A stretch of 64,000 nucleotides of DNA from a virus (IMGVR_UViG_3300028591_000079:64001-128000); one strand, 5' to 3'. Counted from the stretch's first letter, positions 1-10,351 are shown. The notes: generated by a model not told the origin, from the letters alone. Numbers and translations are program-made.

Positions 1-72
1 ATCTTTATTTTTACGTAAGTTTGGGTGAAGGTGTGTCTGTATCATATCGAAGTCGCTCATTTTAGTCCTCCT

Positions 73-498
73 TTATATTAGTTGTAGGTTGATTAATTGT
101 GCTTGTGCTTCTTGGATTACGTTTTCTTCTACCATATCAACATAATTATTATTCACCACGATACTATCTCCAGCATATCCATATTTATCCAGCAGCAGAT
201 ATATGGCGTAGATGTTGATATTATGTTTTTGAATCAGAGGTGAACAACGAACAGACCCAAGACAATCATGCTTTATACTAAGAACATTATGAGTCTCTAA
301 GAAGCCAAAGACAGTATCAGCTCCAAGATCCAGTTTTATATCACCATTTTCTTTTACTGTTAGTGTCATCGTCAAGCCTATTTTTTCATAATCTTCCTCG
401 ATAAAATCCCCATAAACTTTCAAATCATCTATAAATTTCTGGGAGAGTTTATTCATTTTACGCCACTTATTTGACAGATGTATGTTGGTTATCTTCAT
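73..498 (-). CDS. hypothetical early protein
   Basis: ORF in tightly packed minus-strand operon; GGAGG RBS. Confidence 0.7.
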   Translation of the reverse strand: MKITNIHLSNKWRKMNKLSQKFIDDLKVYGDFIEEDYEKIGLTMTLTVKENGDIKLDLGADTVFGFLETHNVLSIKHDCLGSVRCSPLIQKHNINIYAIYLLLDKYGYAGDSIVVNNNYVDMVEENVIQEAQAQLINLQLI

Positions 499-929
499 TT
501 GTTATCCTCCTTCATTGACAATATTATACTCCAGGCTGTTTCCCAAAGTTCTTTATTCTCTCCATCTTCTTCGATCCCGTTTACATTTACAGCCTTTATA
601 TATCCTTCTCTTTCTAAGACTATTATAACACACATCAGGGCAATAGGAACAGCTTTATCTTGCCACATTTTAGTTACAAGCTGTTCTCTCCATGGTGTGT
701 TCTCTTCATAAGGCTTGATTACATATTGGTCTCTTATTCCTCCCGATGTTCCTGCCGTTACTTTATCACCACAAATCATAAGGTTAGCAGTTCCAAGTCC
801 CCATTCTCTCAAAGCCAAATCAACTTCACCCAACTTCTTCAATATTGGCAGCGGGAATGTTTTGTTATTATTGACTATTTCATAAGAGATGTGGCAGGAA
901 TGTTTGGTTGTTCTGTTTTGATCCCACAT
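495..929 (-). CDS. hypothetical early protein
   Basis: AAGGAG RBS; 4-nt overlap with next gene. Confidence 0.75.
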   Translation of the reverse strand: MWDQNRTTKHSCHISYEIVNNNKTFPLPILKKLGEVDLALREWGLGTANLMICGDKVTAGTSGGIRDQYVIKPYEENTPWREQLVTKMWQDKAVPIALMCVIIVLEREGYIKAVNVNGIEEDGENKELWETAWSIILSMKEDNK

Positions 930-940
930 CTTATACTCCT

Positions 941-1411
941 TTAGATTAATTCCATTTCTATCATTAGGTTCTGCGCGTTGACGTATTCTGGATCTTTCTC
1001 ATCACCATCGAAGCACCAACCACATTTATCTCCATCACCACCCAAATGATTTCCGGCATCGTTTTCTAACAAATCATACTTATCAGCTAACATCAAGATA
1101 CATTTCACCGCTAAGTCATATGGTTCTCTGGCGGTTTTACAACAATTCCATTCACCATCAAAGACCAGCGCAAATGTTTCACAGCCTCGATCTAAGAATC
1201 CGTTGAAACATAACCCAGGTGCTCTATTCTCTTCCGGTTCCCAATAATTTATAATCTTATCTAAATCTAAGACTTCTGTTCCATCTGGGCTTGCTAATAT
1301 AATACCTTTAGAAATGATCTTATCTAATACTTTTTCACAATCATCCCAGAACTGTGCAGGTATTTGTTCTTCTGTTAGTTTCTTAGGTGTCCAATAAACG
1401 CTATATCCCAT
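941..1411 (-). CDS. conserved phage hypothetical protein (MGYxxYW...CKTARxPYDLAV type)
   Basis: AAGGAGTAGAATT-ATG leader; motif recalled from phage hypothetical proteins. Confidence 0.75.
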   Translation of the reverse strand: MGYSVYWTPKKLTEEQIPAQFWDDCEKVLDKIISKGIILASPDGTEVLDLDKIINYWEPEENRAPGLCFNGFLDRGCETFALVFDGEWNCCKTAREPYDLAVKCILMLADKYDLLENDAGNHLGGDGDKCGWCFDGDEKDPEYVNAQNLMIEMELI

Positions 1412-1442
1412 AATTCTACTCCTTTATTTATTTAGTTGTTAT

Positions 1443-1479
1443 AAAAAGAAGGGGATCTAAGTCTATAACCTAAATCCCC
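1443..1479 (-). terminator. intrinsic terminator
   Basis: GGGGATTTAGG/CTTAGATCCCC stem followed by TTCTTTTT on minus strand. Confidence 0.7.
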
Positions 1480-1499
1480 GCGTTCTCTGTTAGTCTTCT

Positions 1500-1724
1500 T
1501 TATTGTTCTACAAAGACTGCCTTAAAGTTTCTTGGCAATTTAGAGTATGTTCCAGTGCTACGCTTAGATAAAGACTTCAACGTATTATACAGCGGATACA
1601 CATTGTCAGTAATAAATTCTTTCAATGTTTTACCGTTATACATTACATACAATTTACCAGCTTTACCTCTATATTGAGCCATATTCTCTTTAGTAATTAC
1701 AATTTGTTCATTTACTTTTTTCAT
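1500..1724 (-). CDS. hypothetical protein
   Basis: ORF with AAGGTG RBS. Confidence 0.6.
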   Translation of the reverse strand: MKKVNEQIVITKENMAQYRGKAGKLYVMYNGKTLKEFITDNVYPLYNTLKSLSKRSTGTYSKLPRNFKAVFVEQ

Positions 1725-2025
1725 TTCTTCACCTTTATTTTTCTTGTTTATTTACTTTTCTTTCCTGTCTTTCATTATTTCTTACGCTTCTGAGTGATTG
1801 GTGTTGGTTTTGTTTTTATAGGTGTCAGTCTATTTTTTGCCATGATTATACCTCCTTTATGACTTTAGAATTGTTCGATGATTGGTTGTAATGCTGTTGC
1901 TGTACTGTAATACTTTCTTTGACAATCTACAGCATCGTTATGGCTTGAGAAAACACCCAGAACCATACCGCTATTAGGGATAACTACACGATACATTTTA
2001 CACTCCTTTTTGTTTGTTCGTATCT

Positions 2026-2054
2026 ATTTTACATTAATTTTTAGGTTTTGTCAA
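2026..2054 (-). promoter_or_regulatory. sigma70-type promoter
   Basis: TTGACA-17 bp-TAAAAT on minus strand. Confidence 0.7.
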
Positions 2055-2336
2055 TTAATTTTCTTTAATCTTTATCGCAACTACTGTATAAGAGTGGCCG
2101 CCATATTCATCTTCAGTAAGAACACTGCCCAAGTCTATATCCTCTAAGACCTTATTCTCTGCCTGGTTTTGGATAAATGTTATAAGCACAGAAGCAGTAT
2201 TATATGAATCACCCAACTGAGTATCATCATCAAAAGCCTCTACCTCATAACCCGGCATATTTTCTTTCACCGCGCTTTCAATACCCGCAGCAGATATATT
2301 CAAGTCTAATTCATTCAAAATGTCTTGCACTGTCAT
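2055..2336 (-). CDS. acidic hypothetical protein
   Basis: AAGGAG RBS, operon packing. Confidence 0.7.
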   Translation of the reverse strand: MTVQDILNELDLNISAAGIESAVKENMPGYEVEAFDDDTQLGDSYNTASVLITFIQNQAENKVLEDIDLGSVLTEDEYGGHSYTVVAIKIKEN

Positions 2337-2347
2337 GTTTCACTCCT

Positions 2348-2533
2348 TTATTCAAATACTACTTCTTCTGGTTTCATTCCCATGTGTTTTGCGACTCTTT
2401 GTCTGATGGTATCGATAATGTCTTCTTCGCTATCATACAACAAGAATCTTTCATCCAGGAACACCCACCCATTTATCAAAACTCTGTAATCATATTTACC
2501 AAGTTTCTGCAGCGTGATTATATCTCTGTCCAT
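2348..2533 (-). CDS. hypothetical protein
   Basis: AAGGAGG RBS. Confidence 0.7.
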   Translation of the reverse strand: MDRDIITLQKLGKYDYRVLINGWVFLDERFLLYDSEEDIIDTIRQRVAKHMGMKPEEVVFE

Positions 2534-2550
2534 ATTATCCTCCTTTATTT

Positions 2551-2865
2551 TTATAAGCAGTCTGTTCCGTTCAGTTTCAAAGTATCAATGTCGTAGTAAT
2601 GATAATCGCCACAACAATCATCTTCACCTACTTCACAATTTACATACTTTTCGCCTTTATACCATTTAACACCATACGAATACTCTTTGTTCAGTTGTTT
2701 CATTACCTTCACAGCAGTATCGTAATCAGTATAAACCCCACAAGGACAACCCATATAATTTTCATCAGGCTGCCATTGTCTTACTACATATACCTTCTCA
2801 ACCGGAAAGCACATACCATCTGATTCTCTCTGTTCTACAATGTGTGTTTTTACTTGTTTTGTCAT
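2551..2865 (-). CDS. hypothetical protein, paralogue of the C-terminal part of 3633-4028
   Basis: shared VYxV...(V/I)(Y/F)xDxxxA...LNKxY...HY(Y/F) pattern; RBS. Confidence 0.7.
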   Translation of the reverse strand: MTKQVKTHIVEQRESDGMCFPVEKVYVVRQWQPDENYMGCPCGVYTDYDTAVKVMKQLNKEYSYGVKWYKGEKYVNCEVGEDDCCGDYHYYDIDTLKLNGTDCL

Positions 2866-2884
2866 TTTATACTCCTTTTGTTTT

Positions 2885-3136
2885 TTATTTTGTTTCTACT
2901 TTTTCCAGATATTTATAACCACCATTTTGACACTTATCCCATTCTTCATGTTCTTCAGTTGTCCAATCATAATCACTTCTGCAGGTATCTACAACATGGG
3001 TCTTTTCATCATTCTCTAATAAATCCGCTACTTGTTCCACACTCATATTCTCAATGTCTTTATCAGATTCAATGATTAATGTTTGACTCACATATACAGA
3101 TACCAATTCTCCGATTTCAATTTTGTGTTTTGCCAT
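2885..3136 (-). CDS. hypothetical protein (start MAKHK)
   Basis: AAGGAGG RBS before 3136. Confidence 0.7.
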   Translation of the reverse strand: MAKHKIEIGELVSVYVSQTLIIESDKDIENMSVEQVADLLENDEKTHVVDTCRSDYDWTTEEHEEWDKCQNGGYKYLEKVETK

Positions 3137-3299
3137 CTTTACCTCCTTTATTTTGTTTTGTTGCAAATGATCTACATGTTTCGATTATCTTATCTAAAGC
3201 CATTATAGTCATTATCGAATCGCCACCCGTTTTTTCTATAGTTTCTTCATAGATAGAAATAAGTAAGTTTGCCAATTCTTCCGCTGTCATTTTGCTCAT
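3117..3299 (-). CDS. hypothetical protein
   Basis: AAGGAGG RBS. Confidence 0.6.
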   Translation of the reverse strand: MSKMTAEELANLLISIYEETIEKTGGDSIMTIMALDKIIETCRSFATKQNKGGKDGKTQN

Positions 3300-3359
3300 T
3301 ATTTACCTCCTTTGTTGTTTTTGTTTTCTACATCCTTATTATCACCCAAGTTTAGAAAA

Positions 3360-3617
3360 CTAATCCTGAAAAACTCTCTTAATCGTTATTTCATATTCTT
3401 CAACATCTGCACCAATCAAAATCGCAATTGTCTTTTTGTTTGTGTATTTGTCTTTATTCAATGCAATTGAAAGCCTATCTTCTTCCAAAAAATTGCCCTC
3501 ATTTGTAGCTTCTTCAATAACATCATACACTCTTTCAGTGATTTTGTTTTCTTTGCCAAGACGTTCATTTGCGTATGCCATAGCTTCATCAAATTGCTCT
3601 TTCAAACTTTTGCTCAT
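3360..3617 (-). CDS. hypothetical protein
   Basis: AAGGAGG RBS. Confidence 0.7.
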   Translation of the reverse strand: MSKSLKEQFDEAMAYANERLGKENKITERVYDVIEEATNEGNFLEEDRLSIALNKDKYTNKKTIAILIGADVEEYEITIKRVFQD

Positions 3618-3632
3618 AATGACCTCCTTTAT

Positions 3633-4028
3633 TTATTTGGTTATATTCATAGAGACAACTTCAAAGTAATGTAAATCATTTGTATAGCATTCATCATAAT
3701 CTACTGATTCAAAGTCTCCTTCTTCACTAAAGATACAACTTTTACCATACATTTTATTCAACCCTCTGGCTTCTTCAAGTGCTCGTTCTCTATCGGCAAA
3801 TACATAGATAGTTTCGTTTTTCATCATATTATCTTCTTCGCCAATGATTTGTTTAGTTTCATTCACCAGATATATTTTGATTTGATCTATCCCGCGCGCC
3901 AAGTTATCATCTCCATCACCTTCATAAGTTTCCAGCAATTCAGAATCATATCCGGCTTTATCTAATAAGTTTTCAAGTGGTTCATATTCATTTGCTTCTA
4001 CACGAATATTATATACATTTTTTGCCAT
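3633..4028 (-). CDS. hypothetical protein
   Basis: RBS; paralogy with 2551-2865. Confidence 0.7.
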   Translation of the reverse strand: MAKNVYNIRVEANEYEPLENLLDKAGYDSELLETYEGDGDDNLARGIDQIKIYLVNETKQIIGEEDNMMKNETIYVFADRERALEEARGLNKMYGKSCIFSEEGDFESVDYDECYTNDLHYFEVVSMNITK

Positions 4029-4046
4029 AGTTCACTCCTTTAGTTT

Positions 4047-4307
4047 TTATAAGTTTGGAAAGATAATCAATACGTTCTGGTTCTTGTTCTCTGCCTTTAC
4101 TGCCGGGTCTTTATCGTATCCCCTGTAGTAATCATCCGCTGCCATATCTTTAGCGTTATCAACTTCAAACATTAACACATCACCATACGAATTACCTTCT
4201 TCATCTTGACTCATAATCACCGCAGCATCTCCACCTAATCGTTTCTTTGCTGCTTCTAATTCTTTTATCAAGTCATCTATTGTTTTTATTGTGCATACGT
4301 TTTTCAT
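4047..4307 (-). CDS. hypothetical phage protein (SQDEEGN motif)
   Basis: RBS; motif recalled from small phage proteins. Confidence 0.7.
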   Translation of the reverse strand: MKNVCTIKTIDDLIKELEAAKKRLGGDAAVIMSQDEEGNSYGDVLMFEVDNAKDMAADDYYRGYDKDPAVKAENKNQNVLIIFPNL

Positions 4308-4318
4308 AGTTTACTCCT

Positions 4319-4654
4319 TTATTTTGTTTGTAATTTCTTTGCCAGTTGTTTTGCCAAGAGTTCAATGTTCCAGGATGGTTCTCTCATTTCAGATTCGCCA
4401 TAGTGTTTTCCAACCCAACAGCGGATAAAGTCTTCAATCTGGTCTGATAATGGCGCGTCTGATATGTTTGCTTCTACCATTACTACCTTGCCAAAACAAA
4501 ACACATCACCATCATATAAGGCCAAATATTTTTCTGCTTCTGCTTTGGATTTAAATTTCTTGGCTTTATTTCTATCATATGTAGGTTCTGTATCTGGTTC
4601 TTCTGTCAAATATCCCAAATACATATCATCTTCATAAACTTTTGCTAACTTCAT
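4319..4654 (-). CDS. hypothetical protein
   Basis: GGAGG RBS; overlap with upstream gene. Confidence 0.7.
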   Translation of the reverse strand: MKLAKVYEDDMYLGYLTEEPDTEPTYDRNKAKKFKSKAEAEKYLALYDGDVFCFGKVVMVEANISDAPLSDQIEDFIRCWVGKHYGESEMREPSWNIELLAKQLAKKLQTK

Positions 4655-4875
4655 GCTTCTACCTCCATGTTATAATATTCCCCAACCTCAAATTCAGTAT
4701 CAGGGTGTTCTCTTTTTAGTTTTATCATTACCTTCGCAGCAGATTCAAAGTTGGGATAATACAAAGCCATATCTACTGTTCTGGCAAGGTGATAATAATA
4801 GTCATCGGTATCATCTATATAAGTATAATCACCGTAATCTTTATCAAACACTTTTATTACGTAGCGCTTTTCCAT
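4651..4875 (-). CDS. hypothetical protein
   Basis: AAGGAGG RBS. Confidence 0.7.
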   Translation of the reverse strand: MEKRYVIKVFDKDYGDYTYIDDTDDYYYHLARTVDMALYYPNFESAAKVMIKLKREHPDTEFEVGEYYNMEVEA

Positions 4876-4886
4876 ATTATCCTCCT

Positions 4887-5327
4887 TTAGTTTTTATTCA
4901 TTAGGCTATTCAAGTTTTCAATGTATTTGTTTGCTTCTTGGATTGTCTCAAATTTATAAGGCTTACCATCAGCATCACAAACCGTATCTTGCTTGAGTTG
5001 TTTTACCGTATATGTTCCATCCTGATTATAGGTGGGTTCATATTCCGGCAATTCATACCAGTCCCACACATAACCATCCGCGTCAAAGATGTCTAAGATT
5101 GTGCTGATGTCTGTTTTGGAAAGGTCAAGGCTATCAACATCAAATGTATCAAAGTCTATCCCCATTACATCACAATAAGTTTCAGGCGTTATAGTATCGT
5201 CTTTAATATATTGTTCGCACAGTTCTCTTAGTTGTGCCACAGTATAGATATTGGTTTCACTCAATGTATCTTTCCAAGTCTCGTCTTCACAGTCTTCATT
5301 TGGATAATACAATTTATATACTCGCAT
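4887..5327 (-). CDS. acidic hypothetical protein
   Basis: RBS; C-terminus shared with 5638-6021. Confidence 0.75.
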   Translation of the reverse strand: MRVYKLYYPNEDCEDETWKDTLSETNIYTVAQLRELCEQYIKDDTITPETYCDVMGIDFDTFDVDSLDLSKTDISTILDIFDADGYVWDWYELPEYEPTYNQDGTYTVKQLKQDTVCDADGKPYKFETIQEANKYIENLNSLMNKN

Positions 5328-5338
5328 CTTATACTCCT

Positions 5339-5626
5339 TTATTTTTCATATAAGTCCATTACAGTATCCAAAGTATCAACAAACTCTCCAGGCAACGGTT
5401 TAATATTAGTGGTATCAAAACTAGCAAATGGTCTTACATGGTCTGGACAAAGTTTCTCAAAGCCCCTGAAGGAACAGTCAAACACACTCCAACTACCCCA
5501 ACAACCAGAACCTTTATATCCTTGTCCCCACGTTCTAATATATAAAATATTGTTAGAGTCTATTGCAAACTGGACACCATTACGCTGATACAATTTTTTA
5601 CAATACAGTTTAGGTTTCTTATTCAT
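5339..5626 (-). CDS. hypothetical protein
   Basis: AAGGAGG RBS. Confidence 0.7.
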   Translation of the reverse strand: MNKKPKLYCKKLYQRNGVQFAIDSNNILYIRTWGQGYKGSGCWGSWSVFDCSFRGFEKLCPDHVRPFASFDTTNIKPLPGEFVDTLDTVMDLYEK

Positions 5627-5637
5627 TTCGGCCTCCT

Positions 5638-6021
5638 TTAGTTTTTGTTCATTAGATTTAACATATTGTCTATAAACCTATTTGCTTCTTCAAAGGTTTC
5701 AAAAGTATCTATAACCTTATTTCCATCTTCTATGTCTACCACATCATATTTGTTATTGTTATATGTTGCTCGGTATTTGACAAAGTTCCAGGTTATAAAG
5801 TTGATACTAAACCCATATTCTTCAGTCAAAACATTCATCAAAACTTCTTCTACATGTCCATCATCCATTTCACTTGTAGGTGTGTTCTCTTTATAGTCTT
5901 CCAAGGTTAGTTTAAAAGAGTGTAGTATAGTAGGTAATTCTTCGTCAAACTCCGGATAATCTTCTAAGTCTTCCAAATCCCAATCTATACTATCCACATC
6001 TACTAATACTGTTCTGCTCAT
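5638..6021 (-). CDS. acidic hypothetical protein (start MSRTV)
   Basis: start just after upstream stop; C-terminus shared with 4887-5327. Confidence 0.7.
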   Translation of the reverse strand: MSRTVLVDVDSIDWDLEDLEDYPEFDEELPTILHSFKLTLEDYKENTPTSEMDDGHVEEVLMNVLTEEYGFSINFITWNFVKYRATYNNNKYDVVDIEDGNKVIDTFETFEEANRFIDNMLNLMNKN

Positions 6022-6022
6022 T

Positions 6023-6622
6023 TTATTCATCCTCATCTTCATCATCTCTAGGTGGGTCAACATCATAGCAAGAAAAAGTCTCACCATCTGAATAACCTTC
6101 CATATAGATTTCGTTTCCACCTTCTTCACAATCCCAATCAAACTGAACACCTAACTCAGCCATTTTATGTAAGACTGGTTCAGGTGGCGCCCAAGCAGTA
6201 TCAAATTGTAAATAAAAGGGTTCGTTGTTTTTTATTGCCTCATCTAAATTGTCCAAATTGCAATCGTCATGAGCCAAATCCCACTTAGTTCCCCAGTTAT
6301 CACAATCCCATTCATACCAATTACTAGGCTTTACCCCTGTTCTCTCAGCCTCTTTGTTCATCCATTCTTTAGCATATAAAAAGTCTATCACCCCATCACG
6401 AAAGAAATCATTATCCGGTTCTTTCCCCAATCTTTCTTTAGTTATTCCGGCTTCTTCCATTAGGTTTTCATCACTTTCGCTCATATTCAAGTCGTTATAG
6501 AGTTTCATATGTTCAGGCTGAGGTATAATGTTATCAAAGCAAAAGTTCCCATTCTTTACACATTTCTCTTTGAACACTTCTGGATTTGAGATTGTCATAT
6601 GATTTTCACACCAGTTTGGCAT
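6023..6622 (-). CDS. DUF1281/YubB-like ferredoxin-fold protein
   Basis: MPNWCEN start, WYEWxxxNWGTKW, FDTAWAPP motifs. Confidence 0.85.
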   Translation of the reverse strand: MPNWCENHMTISNPEVFKEKCVKNGNFCFDNIIPQPEHMKLYNDLNMSESDENLMEEAGITKERLGKEPDNDFFRDGVIDFLYAKEWMNKEAERTGVKPSNWYEWDCDNWGTKWDLAHDDCNLDNLDEAIKNNEPFYLQFDTAWAPPEPVLHKMAELGVQFDWDCEEGGNEIYMEGYSDGETFSCYDVDPPRDDEDEDE

Positions 6623-6642
6623 ATTATCCTCCTTTGTTTATA

Positions 6643-7017
6643 TTATCGTTGTTCATTAGTTAAGAGTCCTAACAATACTTCCCCATTCTCTTCAACCAAT
6701 CTCGCAGCCGTCAATAAATCATCTGTCCCCCAAAAATCTATATGTAAGTCTTGTAAGTTTCTGGAAGCCACACAAGTAAAGAAGGCTACATCTGGATTAT
6801 TGTTTATTTTCTGCGCTACTTTGAATAACTTATATCTATCTTCTTTATCCAACTTAGCATCAAAACCAATAAACTCTGGATACATCTCCCTTGCTACTTT
6901 TGCTCCTTCACCCGTTAGCATTTTATCAAGTTTAGGATTATCAACTATACAACAAGGGATTTGAAAGTGTTCGTCTATATTGTAGTTCTTCAACAGTTCT
7001 TCTTTATTTGGTTTCAT
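6643..7017 (-). CDS. hypothetical protein
   Basis: AAGGAGTAGAAA RBS. Confidence 0.7.
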   Translation of the reverse strand: MKPNKEELLKNYNIDEHFQIPCCIVDNPKLDKMLTGEGAKVAREMYPEFIGFDAKLDKEDRYKLFKVAQKINNNPDVAFFTCVASRNLQDLHIDFWGTDDLLTAARLVEENGEVLLGLLTNEQR

Positions 7018-7588
7018 TTTCTACTCCTTTTGTTATAAAACCTTTGACTAATTTACGACCCCACAACTTAAATTCTACTCGCAAGTCTGTATCAACCTCT
7101 CGTAAAACTTTTTGTATCTTAGGTGTCATAGCATATTTTACAAGTTTCTCTAAGTCTGCTTCTATCTCTTCTTGTCTTCCAGCCATTGCACCATAAAGAC
7201 TAAATTCAAATGAGATAGTTATGACCTTTTTTCTTGTGTTTAAGTCTATCCCGCGCTGAATCAAAACTTCATTACTTCTGTTTTGTTTGTCGCGCTTAGT
7301 TAGATTATTTCCATACCAGCAAAAAGGCTCTAATACACCACGCAACTTATCACGAATCAAAGTATAATCACTCAAAGTCTTGTCGGTATCCATCATTTTC
7401 ATATCACTAACCTTGACCCTGAATATCTTATACTGACCACCCATATGACCTTTTCTACAAGCATCAATTAAAATACTCTGCGCTTCACTATAATCACAAG
7501 TTGCAGAACGATAATCCCACAATCTAAAACCTACATTATATACATTATCAAATCTGCCAACTAAATATATATAGTCAATATTATCCAT
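7004..7588 (-). CDS. hypothetical protein
   Basis: AGGAG RBS, operon packing. Confidence 0.7.
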   Translation of the reverse strand: MDNIDYIYLVGRFDNVYNVGFRLWDYRSATCDYSEAQSILIDACRKGHMGGQYKIFRVKVSDMKMMDTDKTLSDYTLIRDKLRGVLEPFCWYGNNLTKRDKQNRSNEVLIQRGIDLNTRKKVITISFEFSLYGAMAGRQEEIEADLEKLVKYAMTPKIQKVLREVDTDLRVEFKLWGRKLVKGFITKGVENETK

Positions 7589-7589
7589 C

Positions 7590-7934
7590 TTATTCTCCTA
7601 TTGTTTTTACATAATTATTGAAACCACCACACAACGAAATCATATTCTTAAACTCTTCATCACCATACACACTTATCATTCCGCTTGATGTATTGTAATG
7701 AATTAGTTGTATATGTTCGTTCTTTTTCACCCAGTCCAATAACTTAGACCATACATTACAGCTCGGCATATCAAACTCTTCTTTATGCCAATCTATAACA
7801 CCCTCACCAATTACGGCTTCAAGTATCTGTATTCCTCCCCACGCCAAATACTTTCCGCCCGCCGCATCGCAAAACACAGCACTAACTGGCACATCTTTTT
7901 CTTTCAATATGTTTATAATTTCTTCTCTGGTCAT
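7590..7934 (-). CDS. hypothetical protein
   Basis: AAGGAGG RBS. Confidence 0.7.
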   Translation of the reverse strand: MTREEIINILKEKDVPVSAVFCDAAGGKYLAWGGIQILEAVIGEGVIDWHKEEFDMPSCNVWSKLLDWVKKNEHIQLIHYNTSSGMISVYGDEEFKNMISLCGGFNNYVKTIGE

Positions 7935-7947
7935 AATTCAACCTCCT

Positions 7948-9096
7948 TTATTTGTTATTTACCACTTCTAAAAACTTATGCACATCACCTATCATTTCAT
8001 AAGTCATAGCAGTTTCACCCCACATAAAGACATTATAGGTTTCCATATCACTATTTACACACCACACAATACAATGGTCTAATCCTTCAAATTCAATCAT
8101 TGGAATATTGTCGTGGTAAAACCGGATAGTCAAAACCGTTAGTCCATCGGTAGGCAAAAGGTTTATAATGTTTCTATGGTTTTCCTTTGGTCTCCCCATA
8201 TACTTATCCAATAACAACTTCGCAGCAATCCCAAAGTCCTCATTCTCTTTATCCCCCGCAACAATCTCAAATAATTCTTTTAAGGTCATTGTCGGTTTGC
8301 AGACTTCTTTGATTTCCACATCGTCATTTCTCAAAAACCTAGCAGCCATCAAAGCATCTATAAAGTCTAATTCTGGATAGTCTTTCAAATATAATTCACA
8401 CCCAGTCAAAGCAGTTGTAAGTCTAAACGCTTCTCTTGCTGCCGCCTCACAGAGTTCCACCTTGGTTTTTACTTCTTTCGGGTCAAACATTTTTACTGTA
8501 TCAAACCCTAAATATGTTCTTTGCCGTTTGTCATTTTCAAGACCTTCGCCAGATGGTAAAAAGTTTATTGCTCTTCCTTCCATATAGTCAGTCCAAATAT
8601 CCTTAGCACAACACAACAAACCAAACAGATTGAATACATTATCTACATTCAACCCACTAGTCGCTTGTTTAAATGTTTTGTCTATGATTTCTTTTTCGTG
8701 TGGTAATAAGTCTCTGGGTGTTCCTAATTTACAATGTGTCCCATACCAACTCAGCGCTCCACGAATTTTTGAATCCATAAGTGCAAAATCATTCATATTC
8801 TTATTTACATTTACTACATCATTTACAAAGTATTCACCATCAGCAATAGATTCAAACCTACTACTTTCTTTACCGCTTTGATAATTCTTGCCTACAACAC
8901 ATACCTTGATATTACCTTTTGCAAATGCTTCTTGAAACGCTATAATGCTTTCTTTGCAGAAACAATACCAAGCACCACCCAACAACAACTGGGTCATCAA
9001 TTCTTTCAAGTCTGTATAAAAATATGCTTTGCCCTGATAGGTGCCATGATTTTCTTTAAACCACAACAGAGCCATTTTTTGTTCTTTCTTTGCCAT
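7948..9096 (-). CDS. hypothetical protein (382 aa)
   Basis: long ORF, strong RBS. Confidence 0.8.
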   Translation of the reverse strand: MAKKEQKMALLWFKENHGTYQGKAYFYTDLKELMTQLLLGGAWYCFCKESIIAFQEAFAKGNIKVCVVGKNYQSGKESSRFESIADGEYFVNDVVNVNKNMNDFALMDSKIRGALSWYGTHCKLGTPRDLLPHEKEIIDKTFKQATSGLNVDNVFNLFGLLCCAKDIWTDYMEGRAINFLPSGEGLENDKRQRTYLGFDTVKMFDPKEVKTKVELCEAAAREAFRLTTALTGCELYLKDYPELDFIDALMAARFLRNDDVEIKEVCKPTMTLKELFEIVAGDKENEDFGIAAKLLLDKYMGRPKENHRNIINLLPTDGLTVLTIRFYHDNIPMIEFEGLDHCIVWCVNSDMETYNVFMWGETAMTYEMIGDVHKFLEVVNNK

Positions 9097-9164
9097 AATT
9101 CTACTCCTTTTAGTTCTAGTTGATAAAGCCCCAAGGTTTGTATTCTCTCAGGGCTTTTGTTTTC

Positions 9165-9626
9165 TTATTTCATTGCTTCTAAGATACAGTAGATAAACGA
9201 TACAATATGCTTACACCCATACCCCATATTCTCTGCGTTCTTTTCAGGTCTATCTGTTTTCTTTTTATAGTTAGTCAGCACCTTATCGGTATATAAAGCA
9301 CAACCACTATGCAGATTACCTTTCAAAGCACCGCCCAAAGTATAGTCAGTGCAATCACAATCTACCTTTATCTCTTTATCTAACAGGTCTTTTGGTCTTG
9401 GAAACTTACCCGCAACCAAATCGTCAGTAGTTAAACTCCCAGGCTCAACACCATAGAAAGCAACCTCAACCTTATACAGTTTATTGTTGCTCCCTTTTGC
9501 CAATGCCTTGAACGATAACTTCTTTTGTGATAAATCGTATCTGGGGTTCTCAAACTTATCAAACTCTATATCACTATTATCACGACCCATTGCTTTACTG
9601 TTATCTAAAAATTCTTTCGTTGTCAT
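9165..9626 (-). CDS. SWIM-type zinc-finger protein
   Basis: VDCDCTDY...GCKHI; paralogue of 56460-56987. Confidence 0.75.
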   Translation of the reverse strand: MTTKEFLDNSKAMGRDNSDIEFDKFENPRYDLSQKKLSFKALAKGSNNKLYKVEVAFYGVEPGSLTTDDLVAGKFPRPKDLLDKEIKVDCDCTDYTLGGALKGNLHSGCALYTDKVLTNYKKKTDRPEKNAENMGYGCKHIVSFIYCILEAMK

Positions 9627-9796
9627 ACTTCACTCCTTTATTCTACTATAAATTCTATTTGGTTTCCATTCACTTTATCAAACACATCATATTCTGCTTG
9701 ATTATAAAGGTCTTGGAATTCTTTTAGTGTGTATGTTTTTGCTCCGCCCATACCACTTGCCCACCATACTCTTACCTTTATCATTTTATACTCCTT

Positions 9797-10351
9797 TTAG
9801 TTTTCGTTAGATGGTCGATATTTCTTGAACAGTTTTCCATTTATATTTACCTTTACAGGAACAAATATATCTACACCTTTCATTTTCTTGTCCAATATAA
9901 TACCAAAGACTTTATTATATGCTTCCTCTGCCACATAATGACGATTTGCTTTGCTGTTATGTATCAATGAGCAATTAGTATTTCCATAGTGATTTGTTTT
10001 TGCTTCATCAACATCATCCACTGTAAAACTTATCGTCACTCCACCTTTTTGATTTGTGACAGCCCTTGAATTTGCACGAACAAATAAAGCACGAATAACT
10101 TTTTTAGTGATTTCATTGATTTGCTCATCTTGCATAGACTTTACTTGATATTCTGGTAAAGCATCTAAATCTACACATTTGATATGAGGAACACAATAAT
10201 CACCACAGTTTCTTGCTATTGTTCTAAACCGTTGTAATGCCATTTTTTCATCAACACCAAACCAATCCATATCTTGTTTAGAAAAGGTTTGTGTGCGATA
10301 TTGACTTTCATGTCCTGGTTTGATTTGACGATATACTAAATAAAATTTCAT
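9797..10351 (-). CDS. hypothetical protein (start MKFYL)
   Basis: AAGGAGG RBS before 10351. Confidence 0.7.
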   Translation of the reverse strand: MKFYLVYRQIKPGHESQYRTQTFSKQDMDWFGVDEKMALQRFRTIARNCGDYCVPHIKCVDLDALPEYQVKSMQDEQINEITKKVIRALFVRANSRAVTNQKGGVTISFTVDDVDEAKTNHYGNTNCSLIHNSKANRHYVAEEAYNKVFGIILDKKMKGVDIFVPVKVNINGKLFKKYRPSNEN

